Notes: generated from the letters alone by a model not told the origin. A DNA stretch of 64,000 nucleotides from Candidatus Nezhaarchaeales archaeon (GCA_038887515.1 JAWAKK010000002.1:224001-288000), one strand, 5' to 3'; shown: positions 14,254 through 24,957, numbered from the stretch's first letter. Translations and numbers: made by a program.

Positions 14254-14635
14254 GCCCTCAATAACTAAGTTAGGCGACAGTCGAAAGTAACGATACCCAA
14301 TAAACGAGGGTCCCCACAAAAGCTCTTCAAGGCTTAGTTTACTATAACGCCTTTTCGTTTATCAACGAGCCTAAGACAACACTTCAAACTAAAAGAGGCT
14401 GTAGAAAGATTCTTTCGATTTAAACATGCATAAAAATGTAGTTTTACTTAAAAAATTTGGAAATCTAAGTTTTATAAGTGAAAAAGTGGATTTTTTGACG
14501 AAATAGATTTTGAAAAACTACGAAATTGTCGAAAAACTCTTGAACACAAACTTGGTTTCTCTAACACCTTAACTTCAACATCATAGAATAACATTTATAA
14601 CTAATATCATCCATCATAATGATGGTGAAGAGGAT

Positions 14636-14776
14636 ATGCCCAAGTGCCCGAAGTGTGGAGCTGAAGTTGCTACTCCAACGAAGACTTGGACCCTAGCACC
14701 AAAAGGAAGGAAGCCCGTAACTATAGGCCTATTTAAGTGCCCCAACGGCCACTTCTTCAGGGCAGGCGTCAAATAA
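14636..14776 (+). CDS. Cren7-like chromatin protein with Zn-ribbon ligands, 46 aa
   Basis: Not in ORF track. [46 protein letters not shown] matches the Cren7 core W.LAPKGRK.V.IGLFK.P..G.(Y/F)FR; GGTGA SD, upstream TTTATAA and downstream T-rich terminator. Confidence 0.88.
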   Translation: MPKCPKCGAEVATPTKTWTLAPKGRKPVTIGLFKCPNGHFFRAGVK

Positions 14777-14790
14777 GACGGCCTTTGAGA

Positions 14791-14816
14791 CCCTCCCTTT
14801 ATTTTTTGCCTTTTCA
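14791..14816 (+). terminator. Oligo-T terminator after the Cren7-like gene
   Basis: CCCTCCCTTTATTTTTTGCCTTTTC. Confidence 0.5.
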
Positions 14817-14958
14817 AGTTTAAGCGCCTTTTCTTCGGAACCCTCTTTGAATCATAGAAGTCAGTTCCTTCTCCGGCGGAACTCATATAAGAAATTGCGG
14901 TAAGAACACACCCCAAACCTCCAGACGTCAAATTACGGAGGCGGCAAGGGATTAGGCT

Positions 14959-16809
14959 ATGGAGGGCAGTAGAGAAGAAGTTGTATTGATGTTGGGGAAC
15001 GAGGCAATAGCTAGAGGAGCTATTGAGGGAGACGTCAAGGTGGCTACGGCATACCCAGGTACTCCTTCGACGGAGATAGTTGAGACCCTTGCCTCCCTAG
15101 CTAAGAGCTACGACCTATACGTAGAGTGGAGCGTTAACGAGAAGGTAGCGTTCGAGGTCGCATTAGCAGCTTCGTACTGCGGATTAAGGTCTCTTACAGC
15201 CATGAAGCACGTAGGCTTAAACGTGGCCTCCGATGCACTTTTCTCCTCGGCCTATACGGGTGTCAGGGGCGGCTTCGTTATAGTATCGGCCGACGACCCG
15301 AGCTGCCATAGCTCTCAAAACGAACAGGACAACAGGATCTACGGAGTCCACGCTTACTTGCCTGTAGTCGAGCCAAGTTCCCCCCAAGAAGCAAAGGACA
15401 TGACTATATACGCCCTTGAGGTGTCTGAGAGGTATGGAGCCCCCATTATCTTAAGGACTACAACGAGACTAAGCCACGCGAGGGGTCCGGTGAAGCTAGG
15501 TCCTGTAAATAGGTCGAAGAAGACTGGCTCATTCGAAAAGAACCCTGAAAAGTACGTCTGCCTTCCAGCTAACGCTAGACGTATGAGGCTAGAGGCCATA
15601 AAAAGACTGAAGGATATCGAGGAGGAATTCAATAGGTCTAAGTTCAACGTCACAGAAGGGAACTCAAAATTAGGGATAATAGCTTGTGGTCTAGCTTACG
15701 CTCACGTACTTGAAGCCCTCGATAACTTAAACTTAAGCTGTAGGCCCTCAATCCTGAAGCTCTCTACAATACATCCGCTCCCCAAAGCTCTCATCAAAGC
15801 CTTCTTAGACGGCAAGGAGAAGGTCCTCGTAGTCGAAGAACTTGAACCCCTAGTGGAGCTACAAGTCAAGGCCCTGTGCCACGACTTGAAGCTGAACGTT
15901 GAAGTTCATGGAAAAGACTTCATCCCACTTGCTGGAGAGTTAACGCCTTCAAGGGTCCTGAAGGGAGTAGCATCTTTCCTAGGCCTGGACTTCGAGTTGC
16001 TGGACTTCAAGCCAAAGCTTCAGCCGCCGCCAAGGCCTCCAATACTCTGCGCTGGCTGTCCCCATAGGAACACCTTCTACGCCATAAAGATAGCAGCTAA
16101 GAGGGCGGGGGTCGAGGCAGTGTACCCAAGCGACATCGGTTGCTACACGTTGGGCTACTACCCGCCCTTCGAGCTTGTAGACACGACGATCTGTATGGGA
16201 GCCGGCGTGGGCTTATCATGCGGCTTCGCAAAATTCGCTGGTAAGGTTGTGATAGCGACCGTAGGTGAATCGACTTTCTACCACGCTTGCATACCAGCCC
16301 TTATAAACGCGGTACACAACCCTTCAAGCTTCGTGCTGGTAGTCCTCGATAACAACCTTACTGCAATGACCGGCGGCCAACCTAGCCCGGCTACGGGCGT
16401 AAACGCAATGGGCCGGCAAGTAAAGTTGGTACGTCCAGAGGATTTAGCTAGGGCTTGTGGAGTCGAGTTCTGTAAGACCGTGGATCCGTACGACGTCGAC
16501 TCGACGATATCCAGCATAGTTGAAGCCATAGAGTACGTTAAGAAGGGCCTAGGACCGGCAGTGGTGGTCGCTAGGAGGATGTGCTCCCTAGCCCTCCTTA
16601 GGGAGCATAGGCTTGGGAAGGTAAGGCTGGAGAAGAGGGCGGTAGACCAAGACAAGTGTAGGGGCTGCTACGCCTGCATAAAACTTGTAGGTTGCCCAGC
16701 CTTGGTCCCAAGGGACTGGAAGGTCGTAATAGACGATGCCACCTGTACCGGGTGCGGGCTATGCGAACGCGCTTGTCCATATAGAGCTATTGTGGCGGTG
16801 AAACAGTGA
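14959..16809 (+). CDS. iorA: Indolepyruvate:ferredoxin oxidoreductase alpha subunit
   Basis: GNEAIARG, YPGTPSTE, MKHVGLNVA, SSQNEQDNR, CAGCPH, DIGCY, TAMTGGQ, C-terminal 2x[4Fe-4S]. Confidence 0.96.
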   Translation: MEGSREEVVLMLGNEAIARGAIEGDVKVATAYPGTPSTEIVETLASLAKSYDLYVEWSVNEKVAFEVALAASYCGLRSLTAMKHVGLNVASDALFSSAYTGVRGGFVIVSADDPSCHSSQNEQDNRIYGVHAYLPVVEPSSPQEAKDMTIYALEVSERYGAPIILRTTTRLSHARGPVKLGPVNRSKKTGSFEKNPEKYVCLPANARRMRLEAIKRLKDIEEEFNRSKFNVTEGNSKLGIIACGLAYAHVLEALDNLNLSCRPSILKLSTIHPLPKALIKAFLDGKEKVLVVEELEPLVELQVKALCHDLKLNVEVHGKDFIPLAGELTPSRVLKGVASFLGLDFELLDFKPKLQPPPRPPILCAGCPHRNTFYAIKIAAKRAGVEAVYPSDIGCYTLGYYPPFELVDTTICMGAGVGLSCGFAKFAGKVVIATVGESTFYHACIPALINAVHNPSSFVLVVLDNNLTAMTGGQPSPATGVNAMGRQVKLVRPEDLARACGVEFCKTVDPYDVDSTISSIVEAIEYVKKGLGPAVVVARRMCSLALLREHRLGKVRLEKRAVDQDKCRGCYACIKLVGCPALVPRDWKVVIDDATCTGCGLCERACPYRAIVAVKQ

Positions 16810-17405
16810 AGCGGGTCGACGTGGTCATCTCGGGTATAGGAGGCCAGGGAGTTCTAACGTTGACGTCGCTACTTGGAAGAGCTGCCATACTCGAAGGATA
16901 TGACGTGAAGATCTCAGAGGTTCACGGTATGGCTCAGAGAGGTGGCGCAGTCGTGTGTCACGTGAAGATCGGGAAAATCGTGAACTCGCCACTAGTAATG
17001 GAAGGCTCAGCCGACGTACTGCTATCCCTCGAGCTGTCCGAGACGATTAGGGCTCTCAACTTCTTGAAGCCTAGGGGCGTTGTGGTTATGAGTAAGAGCG
17101 CTTTCCCACCACCTCTATCAACGATAATGGGCTATCGATACCCGAGCTTGGAGGAGGTAATCGAGGAACTTAGGGGGGTTGCAGGGGAGGTGTACGTGGT
17201 GGATGCCCATGAAATCGCTAGGAACATTGGCGCACCGCTATCAGCAAACATAGTGTTGTTGGGTGCTGCTTGGGCTACTGGCAGGTTAATGTTGAGCGGA
17301 TCCTCGATCTTGAAGGCAATAAACTCTGCGTTTAAGAAAGAGGTAGCGGAGATGAACGTAAAGACGTTCGAAGAAGGAGTGAGGATAGTTAGGAAGCTAC
17401 TCTAG
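16806..17405 (+). CDS. iorB: Indolepyruvate:ferredoxin oxidoreductase beta subunit
   Basis: GIGGQG, SEVHGMAQRGG; overlaps iorA stop. Confidence 0.95.
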   Translation: MKRVDVVISGIGGQGVLTLTSLLGRAAILEGYDVKISEVHGMAQRGGAVVCHVKIGKIVNSPLVMEGSADVLLSLELSETIRALNFLKPRGVVVMSKSAFPPPLSTIMGYRYPSLEEVIEELRGVAGEVYVVDAHEIARNIGAPLSANIVLLGAAWATGRLMLSGSSILKAINSAFKKEVAEMNVKTFEEGVRIVRKLL

Positions 17406-18320
17406 GGCTATTGCGATGATTAAATCCCTCTCGGTTATAATACCCTTAAGCTCTCCACCTTCAACGACTAGTAGGCCCCCCCTACCGCTCTTCCTCATGA
17501 TGCTAGCCGCTTCCCCTATATCCTTGTCCGAAGTTATCGTATCGACCTCTTTAGCCATAATCTCTCCAACCTCGACGCTTAGGACGTCCCTTACGTCGCC
17601 CGACTTAACGTAGTCGAACGCTCTACCGGAGCCCAGGAACCTTACTACGTCCATAGCTACGAGGATCCCCTTCAATTCACTCCTTTCAACAACCGGTAGT
17701 CTCCTGAAGCCATTTGAGACCATGGTTCTTAGCGCGTCGTAGAGAGTAGCGCTGGGGCTTATGGTGACCACGTCGCAACTCATGACTTCTCCGATGGTCT
17801 TCCCAGCAATCTTGTCAGCTAGGTGGTTTACCACGTCCTTCTCGGTTATAATGCCATAGACTCTTTCGTCACCGGTCACTATCGGCACCGCGCCGACATT
17901 GTACTTAACCATCTTTAAGAGCACGTCCACGAAAGTCTCGTCGACGTAAGCCTTCACGACGTCAATCGTCATTATTGGCTCGAGCACTTCGTTGAATGCG
18001 CTGTAAAGATTGTAGCCGTGCCTATTTACAACAAGGTTAAACTTCTCTCCCCCGCCAAAGTAGTCCATGAAGTCCATGGACGTGACTATGCCCATGAGCT
18101 TACCGGTCGTTGAAGCTATCGGCAACCTCCTAAAGCCGCGGGCCGTCATGACCTTAAGGGCATCTATGACCTTCATCGTCGGGGTGGCAGTTACAACAGG
18201 CCTTCGAGCGATAGCTCCGACTTCTCCAGGTTTCTCGTAGACTCTAGATGAAAAGTTAGGGGTACCATCAATCCTAAGGAACCTAGGTTCTCTCCTTTTA
18301 GCTCTAACCTTAAAGTTCAT
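17397..18320 (-). CDS. CBS-domain protein (two CBS pairs)
   Basis: Repeated FRRLP(I/V), GIVT..D and GIITERD motifs. Confidence 0.9.
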   Translation of the reverse strand: MNFKVRAKRREPRFLRIDGTPNFSSRVYEKPGEVGAIARRPVVTATPTMKVIDALKVMTARGFRRLPIASTTGKLMGIVTSMDFMDYFGGGEKFNLVVNRHGYNLYSAFNEVLEPIMTIDVVKAYVDETFVDVLLKMVKYNVGAVPIVTGDERVYGIITEKDVVNHLADKIAGKTIGEVMSCDVVTISPSATLYDALRTMVSNGFRRLPVVERSELKGILVAMDVVRFLGSGRAFDYVKSGDVRDVLSVEVGEIMAKEVDTITSDKDIGEAASIMRKSGRGGLLVVEGGELKGIITERDLIIAIALE

Positions 18321-18425
18321 GTAAATAGTTAGGCTAACTCTACAAATAAATCTTGCATAAGCCTATTTTACAGCGTTCAAACGTTAGAAAAAATGAAGGT
18401 CGCGTGCCCATTTTAGCTTAGCACC

Positions 18426-19382
18426 CTACTCGTACTCTATGGTTGCAGGAGGCTTATCAGTAATGTCGTAGAGGACCCTTGTAACTTCAGGTATTTCCGT
18501 TAGTACCCTATCTCTGACCTTCTCAAGCTTACTCCAATCCAGCTTCACGTACTTGGCGGTAAGCGCATCCTTCGAATCGACGATCCTTAAAGCGATTATG
18601 TAACCGTACTTCCTCGCACCATTAGGCGTAACGCCAGTCGCTCTTCCTTCGAGTAGTACCGGGAAGGCTTGAAAGCACTCTACATCCTTAAACTCCTCGT
18701 CGACTATTGCGGTCGCTCTCTTAATTACTGCAAGCTTATCCTCAGTTACTTCGCCCAACACTCTTATCGAGAGGCCGGGCCCCGGGAACGGTTTGCGCCT
18801 AACTATCTCGTCGGGTAGCCCAAGAGCTTTAGCGACCAATCTAACCTGGTCCTTATAGAGATTTTTGATCGGTTCGAGGATTCTAAAGCCGTACCTCGTA
18901 AGGGGGTCTATGCCTATCTGTTCGAGGACGTTGTGCTGGGTCTTAACTCCAGCCATAGTTTCAACGACGTCGGCGGCTATGGTTCCCTGCAAGATTACTT
19001 TGACGTTGAGTTCCTTAGCGATCCTAGAGAAGGTCCTATAAAAGGTCTCTCGAAATCGCTTCCTCTTCTCCTCAGCGTCGCCAATACCCCTCAATGCATT
19101 GATGAACTCTTTAGAGACGTCGAAGACTTGGACTTCAAGCCCGAGCTCCCTGAAAACGCTCTTAACCCTATCCGCTTCGCCCAGCCTCATGAACCCGTCC
19201 TCTAAGAACACGGCCTTCAACCTATCGCCAATAGCTCTGAAGCCTAGAAGGGCGGTTACAGAACTATCTACGCCGCCTGAAAGGGCTACTACAGCTCTCT
19301 CTCCACCTATCTCCCTTCTGAGCCACTCAATCCTCTCCTTAATGAAGGACTCCGGGTTAAAGCTGCTCGACATATAAAACAC
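18426..19382 (-). CDS. guaAB: GMP synthase subunit B (ATP pyrophosphatase domain)
   Basis: ALSGGVDSS, EEKRK, KTQHN, PFPGPGL, YDITDKPPATIEYE. Confidence 0.92.
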   Translation of the reverse strand: MFYMSSSFNPESFIKERIEWLRREIGGERAVVALSGGVDSSVTALLGFRAIGDRLKAVFLEDGFMRLGEADRVKSVFRELGLEVQVFDVSKEFINALRGIGDAEEKRKRFRETFYRTFSRIAKELNVKVILQGTIAADVVETMAGVKTQHNVLEQIGIDPLTRYGFRILEPIKNLYKDQVRLVAKALGLPDEIVRRKPFPGPGLSIRVLGEVTEDKLAVIKRATAIVDEEFKDVECFQAFPVLLEGRATGVTPNGARKYGYIIALRIVDSKDALTAKYVKLDWSKLEKVRDRVLTEIPEVTRVLYDITDKPPATIEYE

Positions 19383-19587
19383 CTAGCATTGAATACTGAA
19401 AACAAGGATAACTATTCAAGGGGTATGCTAAAAACTTTACTAAATCCTAGGTCCTAGAACCTCCTCTGGAATTGTCGACCAGTAGGAGCCGTAAAGACTG
19501 AAAGTTCCGCGTCTATTAGGGTTCGATCTTTTAAGCTGAGCTACCTCTAAGATTTTTGAGGGACGAATTTTCCTGGAGGCGTGAGGC

Positions 19588-19998
19588 TTGAAGGTCTACT
19601 TCGAGGAGTTAAGCCTATCGACTTCAAAGAGGGTTGAGCTGGTCAACATAACCGAGATGGTTGAAGAAGTGGTGGAAAGAAGTGGAGTAAAGAATGGTCT
19701 ATGCTTAGTCTATGCTCCACACGCTACAGCAGCTGTAATGGCGAACGAGGATGAGCCTGGCTTGAAGCAGGACATAGTTAAATGGCTTGAACTAGAATTT
19801 CCTAGGGACGGAGGTTGGAGGCACAACGCTATAGACGATAACGCTTCAGCGCACTTAGCATCAGCCTTCTCGTCATCTTACAGGTTATTCCCGGTAAGGG
19901 ATGGAGAGCTAGTTAGAGGTACATGGCAGTCGATTTTCCTACTAGAGATGGATGGCCCCAGGAGACGTAAAGTCTTAGTCGAAGTGATGGGCGAGTAG
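19588..19998 (+). CDS. UPF0047/YjbQ family protein
   Basis: HATAA..NE, WRHN..DDNASAHL, GTWQSIFLLEMDGPR. Confidence 0.92.
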   Translation: MKVYFEELSLSTSKRVELVNITEMVEEVVERSGVKNGLCLVYAPHATAAVMANEDEPGLKQDIVKWLELEFPRDGGWRHNAIDDNASAHLASAFSSSYRLFPVRDGELVRGTWQSIFLLEMDGPRRRKVLVEVMGE

Positions 19999-20248
19999 AG
20001 CCAGTAGAACCTCTAAACTTTCTAAGAGGCGCGGCTGAAGCTCAGGAGCTTTTCAATAGCCGTTGAAAGGGCAACGTAGAAGCTGGAAAACAAAGAATGG
20101 AGAGGTTCTCGAGCAAAAACGGAACATCGAGGCTTTATGCTGATAGAGAGTTCTAAAAAATCGAGCATTAGTTTAAGTTCAGAACGCTTAAAACCTTCCA
20201 CTCTAGAACCCTAGATTCAGCAACCTAGGTTTAACGTTAGGTGATAGT

Positions 20249-23200
20249 ATGAACGTAAATAGAAGTAGGTTAATAGCTACCGTAACCCTACTATCAATGG
20301 CCTTAATAATCGTAATGGCTATGGCGCCGGTAAGCGTAAGCGCGCAAGCGCAGGAAGCGAAGACCTTGATACTAAGACTGCAGTACCGGAACGGCACCGA
20401 ATCAAAACTATTAGACTTATCGAATGAAAGGGTAACGATACAGTTTAATGACACGGTGTCGTTTAAAAACTTAGTAACTAACGGCGAAGGATCTGTAGTA
20501 CTAAACCTCCCAGCCGGCTGGAAGACCGATTACGTGGTGTACATGAAGGTCTGGTGGAATACTTCTTGGGGCGTATCCTACTTAGTCAACATAACGGGAT
20601 CCTCCACTAATCTTAAACAATTAAGCCATCTCAATGGGACGAATGTTAACTGTTCGATATACAACGTAAGGCTGAAGGCCGTGGGTAGCGATGAGGAGTC
20701 TCTACCCTACGCTAGGATAGCGATTTACGATGTGAATGCCGGCAAGATAGTGCGCGACGAGACTACGACCAAAGAAGGGTTGACGGGCCTCCTTAAGCTT
20801 CCAGCTACAATAAATGAGAATAAGGACTTTGAAAATTACGAGTTTAGGGTTACCGTATATTGGACTCCAACAACTCCCGTAGCTAAGATACCAGTGTACA
20901 ACGTAACGTGGACCCCCAACGACATAAGATCCGCAAGCATAGATACAGCAACAAATGACTTCAATAAAACTAAATGCTCGGTTTATACTATAACTCTTGA
21001 AGGACAAAATATAGTTACGAAAAATAATGTGCCTCTATCCTCGCAGGGAGACCTATTCATATATGCTTACGTGTGCTCGAACGGCACCTTAATGTCCGAG
21101 CAAGTCAGGGTAGATAGCAGAACAACTAAATTTAGGGTGGCAACGGTAGCGTTTGACGATCAACCTGGAGCTGGTAGGCTATCTTCATACGAATTCAGGG
21201 TCTACTGGAGATGGGAGAGAGCATCGATAGAGTACATCGTGTACGCTAAGTCTAATCCCTTTGGAACGATTACTGAAGACGTTACCCATCCTGGATCACT
21301 AGAAACTGAGACTGTCGCTATGGCTATAGGGATGCTCGACAAGAGCGAAAATTTACTTACCCTATACGATGTAGCCATAACTTTCCCAATATATGGCTAT
21401 ACGCTTAGTACAAGTACTGGCACTAGTGGTGCGGGCACTGGCTTAGTAGACTTCTCAGCTATAGTTGGAACTAGTGGCGAGTATTATGGTCCAGATTGGC
21501 TCCCACTACCTATAAAGCACGGAGATACAGTCTTAACGTACAGGATTAAAGCCAACTTCGAAGGGATCCCGGTACTCGACGAGAGCTTCGACTTAACTGG
21601 CTGGAATACTTGGGAGATTTGGGAGAATGTTCCTTTGCTTAACTTCACTTGCAACGTTTACTGGGTGAGCTTTAGACTACTAGATGCCAGTGGCAAAGAA
21701 TTGGTGGGCCCTGCAAGCTTGAAGGTCACATACCCAGATTACGGTGCTACACTTTCATTCCAGATATTCAATGGCTCTGGCGGTAGGAGGATGTCTGGTG
21801 GCTCGGGCTTAACCGCCGTCATCGGCTACAAGGATGTCGACGGGCTTGCACCGCTCTCGCCAGCAAAATTCGACATAAACGATACCAGTACATCCATAGC
21901 CCTCAAGTTCCCGGTCTACAACCTAGTAGTCTACGTCTACGACTGGTACGGTGAAGCTAAGCTTGGAGGCTTAAACTGTACAATTACGTTCACTAAAGGA
22001 TTGTGGAACGGCCTTACCCAAGTTGGAGTTGAGAACGCTACAGCTAAATCCTACACTTTCGAGCAGTTGCCCGCAGGCGGGACGTACACCATAAACACGT
22101 ATACCAAGAAGGGAGCTCAAGCTACTCCAGGCTTTGAAGCCCCGAATGCTCAGGGCAAGCTTATAGGTAAAGCTACTGTTACCATGCCTAGCAGCGACTT
22201 GACTACCAGCATTAAGGCGCCACTATACAACCCGAAGTTCGTAATTAAAGCCGCCGACGGCTCGAGCATACCCCCTGAGCTAGCCGACTTAACTTACATA
22301 CTCGTATGCGCTAACACGAGCGCTAATCCAGCCCTGCTATTCAATAAGAGCGTCGAGATAACCTACGTAAGTAACCAGACCAAGAACATATGCTTCGTCG
22401 GCGGGTGGAATTACCCGGTTAGGGTCTACATTGGTGGAGTAGTAGTTTTCAACGAGCCCGTTAGGCTACCAGACCCAGCTGTAACCGAGGCAGTAACCTT
22501 AAACGTTAACCTATACAAGTCAGCTATTAAGGCGCTAACCTACGACGGGAGGACTCCGATACCGAACCTAGAAGTAAGGTATGGATGGACTGGGATCAAC
22601 GTCACCAAATTTGATGCAGGACAACTGTTCTCAGATGACTGGTCGAGCTACCTAAACTTATTCAAGGGAGTTGATGCTACTCACGATGGGTCTGTGATAG
22701 CGTACAATACCTCTAGGACTGTCACTGGAGCCGATGGCACGGCTTACCTATGGGTGCCCGTCTGGAGCATAAATGAAGCAGGGCTGAACTTTACGACCAT
22801 AGTATTGGGCGTATACACGGTTCCAGAACAGACAGGCGGCGTACCAGCGACTGCGCCTAAGAAGCTAGTGATCCATAGAGATTATTGTAAAGTCGGCATC
22901 GAGGGTATGCGAGCTAACGTTACTGCTGTCAAGCCTGACATCGGCAACCTGAAGACATATGCTTACAACTTCTACGTTAAAGTACTGGACTACTTGGATA
23001 GACCCCTCGCCAACTACGTGGTATTCGTGAACGGTTCGTACGTAGCTGGAGAATTCGAGGACGTAATAGCTACTCAGAGGACTAACAGCAGCGGAGTAGC
23101 TTCGTTCGTATCCGGTGTAGGAGGAGTATTCTTCTTCGCTAACTATAGCTACATCGCAAACGCCTTCGAGGACGTGACCGTGGACTACCCACAGGTAGCG

Positions 23201-24433
23201 TCCAGCTCCCTCGAAGCTAATAATTGGGCTCAGGGCTCTGTAATCACAGCGAAATTCCCAGGAGCGCTGATAATTAAAGCGTTAGATTGGAGCGGTAGCC
23301 CGCTAGTAGGTGCAACAGTCAAGCTGTTCTGGGCTAGCGGCTCTTGGGCTAGCGGCTTAACTGCCTTAGCTAGGACTGACGCCAACGGCATGGTAACCAT
23401 AAATATGGTCGATACGACTAAGATATACACGGTCGAAGTATGGTTTAGAGGTTCAGTGATCAACCAGAAGTACAGGCTTGAAGAGCAACTAGTCTTCCCA
23501 GACGGAGTCAACGTCTTCAGCTACACTGAAAGGATGCTGGTCTTCAGTCCGAAGTTCACATTGATAAGCGATACCGGTGTAGCTTTGCCTACCGGAATAA
23601 CCGTTAATGTTTCATGGCCTGATGGAGCTGTCGAGACCTACACTACTGACGCTACGGGCTCAGTAATGTTGAAGCAAGCCCCGATAGGCAAGTACAGAGT
23701 CGAAGCTGTATGGGAGAACGTTGTGATCTACATCTCAGACCTATGGATATCGTCAGATGCACCGGTAACCCTTAAGACGACGGTCTTCGAGGTCGGGTTA
23801 AGGATACTAACGCCCAAGGGGACGCCGCTGGCTGGAGCTGAGGTAAGCATAGTATATCCGAACGGTAAGGAAGTGACCGTCGTACTAGATTCTCAAGGTA
23901 AGGTCGTGCTACCGTTTGTGGCGGTCGATGAAGTCCGCAACGTACTGACCGTGAAGAGCGTCACTTGGAAGAATGCGGTGATAAGCTTAACTGGCAACAA
24001 AGCGACGATAAGGGCTTCGGATACAGTATCGTTCTACACCGCTAACGTCTACACGTTAACGGTCTCAGTTGTAGGGGCTCAAGGGCAACCTCTAAGTGGA
24101 GCGACCGTTACGGTCCTCAAGGACGGTAAGGTCGTAACTACTGCTAGAGCTGAAGGAGGCGTAGCAGTAATCGAGCTTCCAGCCGGAGCTTACAAGGTTG
24201 AAGCAACTTACCTAGGAAAGAAGGCTGAGGCTTCGGTCACGGTCTCAGCCGATACTACTGCTACCGTAACGTTGGACGTATACATGACAATTGGCGGGCA
24301 GGCCTTCAGCGTAGGCGAAATAGTTCTGTGGATAGTCGTGGCAATAATAATAGTCATAGTGTTGGCTGCCATAATAATAGCGCTAACGAGGATAACTAGG
24401 AGGAAAGCCCCTGCCACAGCTACTGGAACTTAA
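20249..24433 (+). CDS. Large surface-anchored (S-layer-like) glycoprotein with tandem prealbumin/carboxypeptidase-regulatory-like beta-sandwich repeats
   Basis: Class I signal peptide (..SVSAQA), repeats such as IKALDWSGSPLVGATVKL and VSVVGAQGQPLSGATVTV, many N-x-S/T sequons, C-terminal TM helix followed by basic residues. Confidence 0.8.
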   Translation: MNVNRSRLIATVTLLSMALIIVMAMAPVSVSAQAQEAKTLILRLQYRNGTESKLLDLSNERVTIQFNDTVSFKNLVTNGEGSVVLNLPAGWKTDYVVYMKVWWNTSWGVSYLVNITGSSTNLKQLSHLNGTNVNCSIYNVRLKAVGSDEESLPYARIAIYDVNAGKIVRDETTTKEGLTGLLKLPATINENKDFENYEFRVTVYWTPTTPVAKIPVYNVTWTPNDIRSASIDTATNDFNKTKCSVYTITLEGQNIVTKNNVPLSSQGDLFIYAYVCSNGTLMSEQVRVDSRTTKFRVATVAFDDQPGAGRLSSYEFRVYWRWERASIEYIVYAKSNPFGTITEDVTHPGSLETETVAMAIGMLDKSENLLTLYDVAITFPIYGYTLSTSTGTSGAGTGLVDFSAIVGTSGEYYGPDWLPLPIKHGDTVLTYRIKANFEGIPVLDESFDLTGWNTWEIWENVPLLNFTCNVYWVSFRLLDASGKELVGPASLKVTYPDYGATLSFQIFNGSGGRRMSGGSGLTAVIGYKDVDGLAPLSPAKFDINDTSTSIALKFPVYNLVVYVYDWYGEAKLGGLNCTITFTKGLWNGLTQVGVENATAKSYTFEQLPAGGTYTINTYTKKGAQATPGFEAPNAQGKLIGKATVTMPSSDLTTSIKAPLYNPKFVIKAADGSSIPPELADLTYILVCANTSANPALLFNKSVEITYVSNQTKNICFVGGWNYPVRVYIGGVVVFNEPVRLPDPAVTEAVTLNVNLYKSAIKALTYDGRTPIPNLEVRYGWTGINVTKFDAGQLFSDDWSSYLNLFKGVDATHDGSVIAYNTSRTVTGADGTAYLWVPVWSINEAGLNFTTIVLGVYTVPEQTGGVPATAPKKLVIHRDYCKVGIEGMRANVTAVKPDIGNLKTYAYNFYVKVLDYLDRPLANYVVFVNGSYVAGEFEDVIATQRTNSSGVASFVSGVGGVFFFANYSYIANAFEDVTVDYPQVASSSLEANNWAQGSVITAKFPGALIIKALDWSGSPLVGATVKLFWASGSWASGLTALARTDANGMVTINMVDTTKIYTVEVWFRGSVINQKYRLEEQLVFPDGVNVFSYTERMLVFSPKFTLISDTGVALPTGITVNVSWPDGAVETYTTDATGSVMLKQAPIGKYRVEAVWENVVIYISDLWISSDAPVTLKTTVFEVGLRILTPKGTPLAGAEVSIVYPNGKEVTVVLDSQGKVVLPFVAVDEVRNVLTVKSVTWKNAVISLTGNKATIRASDTVSFYTANVYTLTVSVVGAQGQPLSGATVTVLKDGKVVTTARAEGGVAVIELPAGAYKVEATYLGKKAEASVTVSADTTATVTLDVYMTIGGQAFSVGEIVLWIVVAIIIVIVLAAIIIALTRITRRKAPATATGT

Positions 24434-24579
24434 TAAGCCCCCTAATCTTTACCTTCCCTCTTTTATTTAATGTTACTATACAAGCCTTAGCTACCCATAC
24501 TCTAAAGGTTATGTATACGTCTTCCTTGAGCTATTTAGGGTTTTATTAAACCTACAACCACTAGCTACATCGAGGGTCT

Positions 24580-24957
24580 GTGAGCTGGCGAACTATCTTA
24601 TTTATGGTAATGGCATTAGTTTTACTGCTTGTAGCAACCACGTTACCTTTAAGGGTGGTCCGAGCTGAAAACGACGTAGTAAATCAGACTATGAACTCGC
24701 TATACAATAGCTTCCTCGAAAACCTGAAATCGTCAATAGATAGACTGCTAATCGGAGTGAAGGAGACCTTCACATACATAGTCCGTAGAGGTCTTGAGGT
24801 CTTAATAGCGATTGCGCGGGCCTCATACGTAGCTATAGGTCTTCTAGGCTTAACTCTCTGGACTACCGGGATATCGCCTTATAGGGGGAGGCATTTAATA
24901 GTCGGTGCAATCATTCTTGCTATCGTATCTGAAGTAGCGTGCGGACTGATGAGCTAA
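24580..24957 (+). CDS. Small membrane protein, possibly VirB2/TrbC/CedA1-like pilin
   Basis: Signal peptide (..VVRA), amphipathic helix, then two hydrophobic helices joined by SPYRGRH; stop directly abuts the next ATG. Confidence 0.5.
   Translation: MSWRTILFMVMALVLLLVATTLPLRVVRAENDVVNQTMNSLYNSFLENLKSSIDRLLIGVKETFTYIVRRGLEVLIAIARASYVAIGLLGLTLWTTGISPYRGRHLIVGAIILAIVSEVACGLMS

Noticed and set aside
14254-14630. Replication origin in the AT-rich gap
   Set aside because: No convincing repeated ORB elements and no adjacent orc1/cdc6 or whiP gene.
14614-14931. Minus-strand 105-aa track ORF (likewise 9420-9665)
   Set aside because: Antisense shadows of the better-supported plus-strand microproteins.
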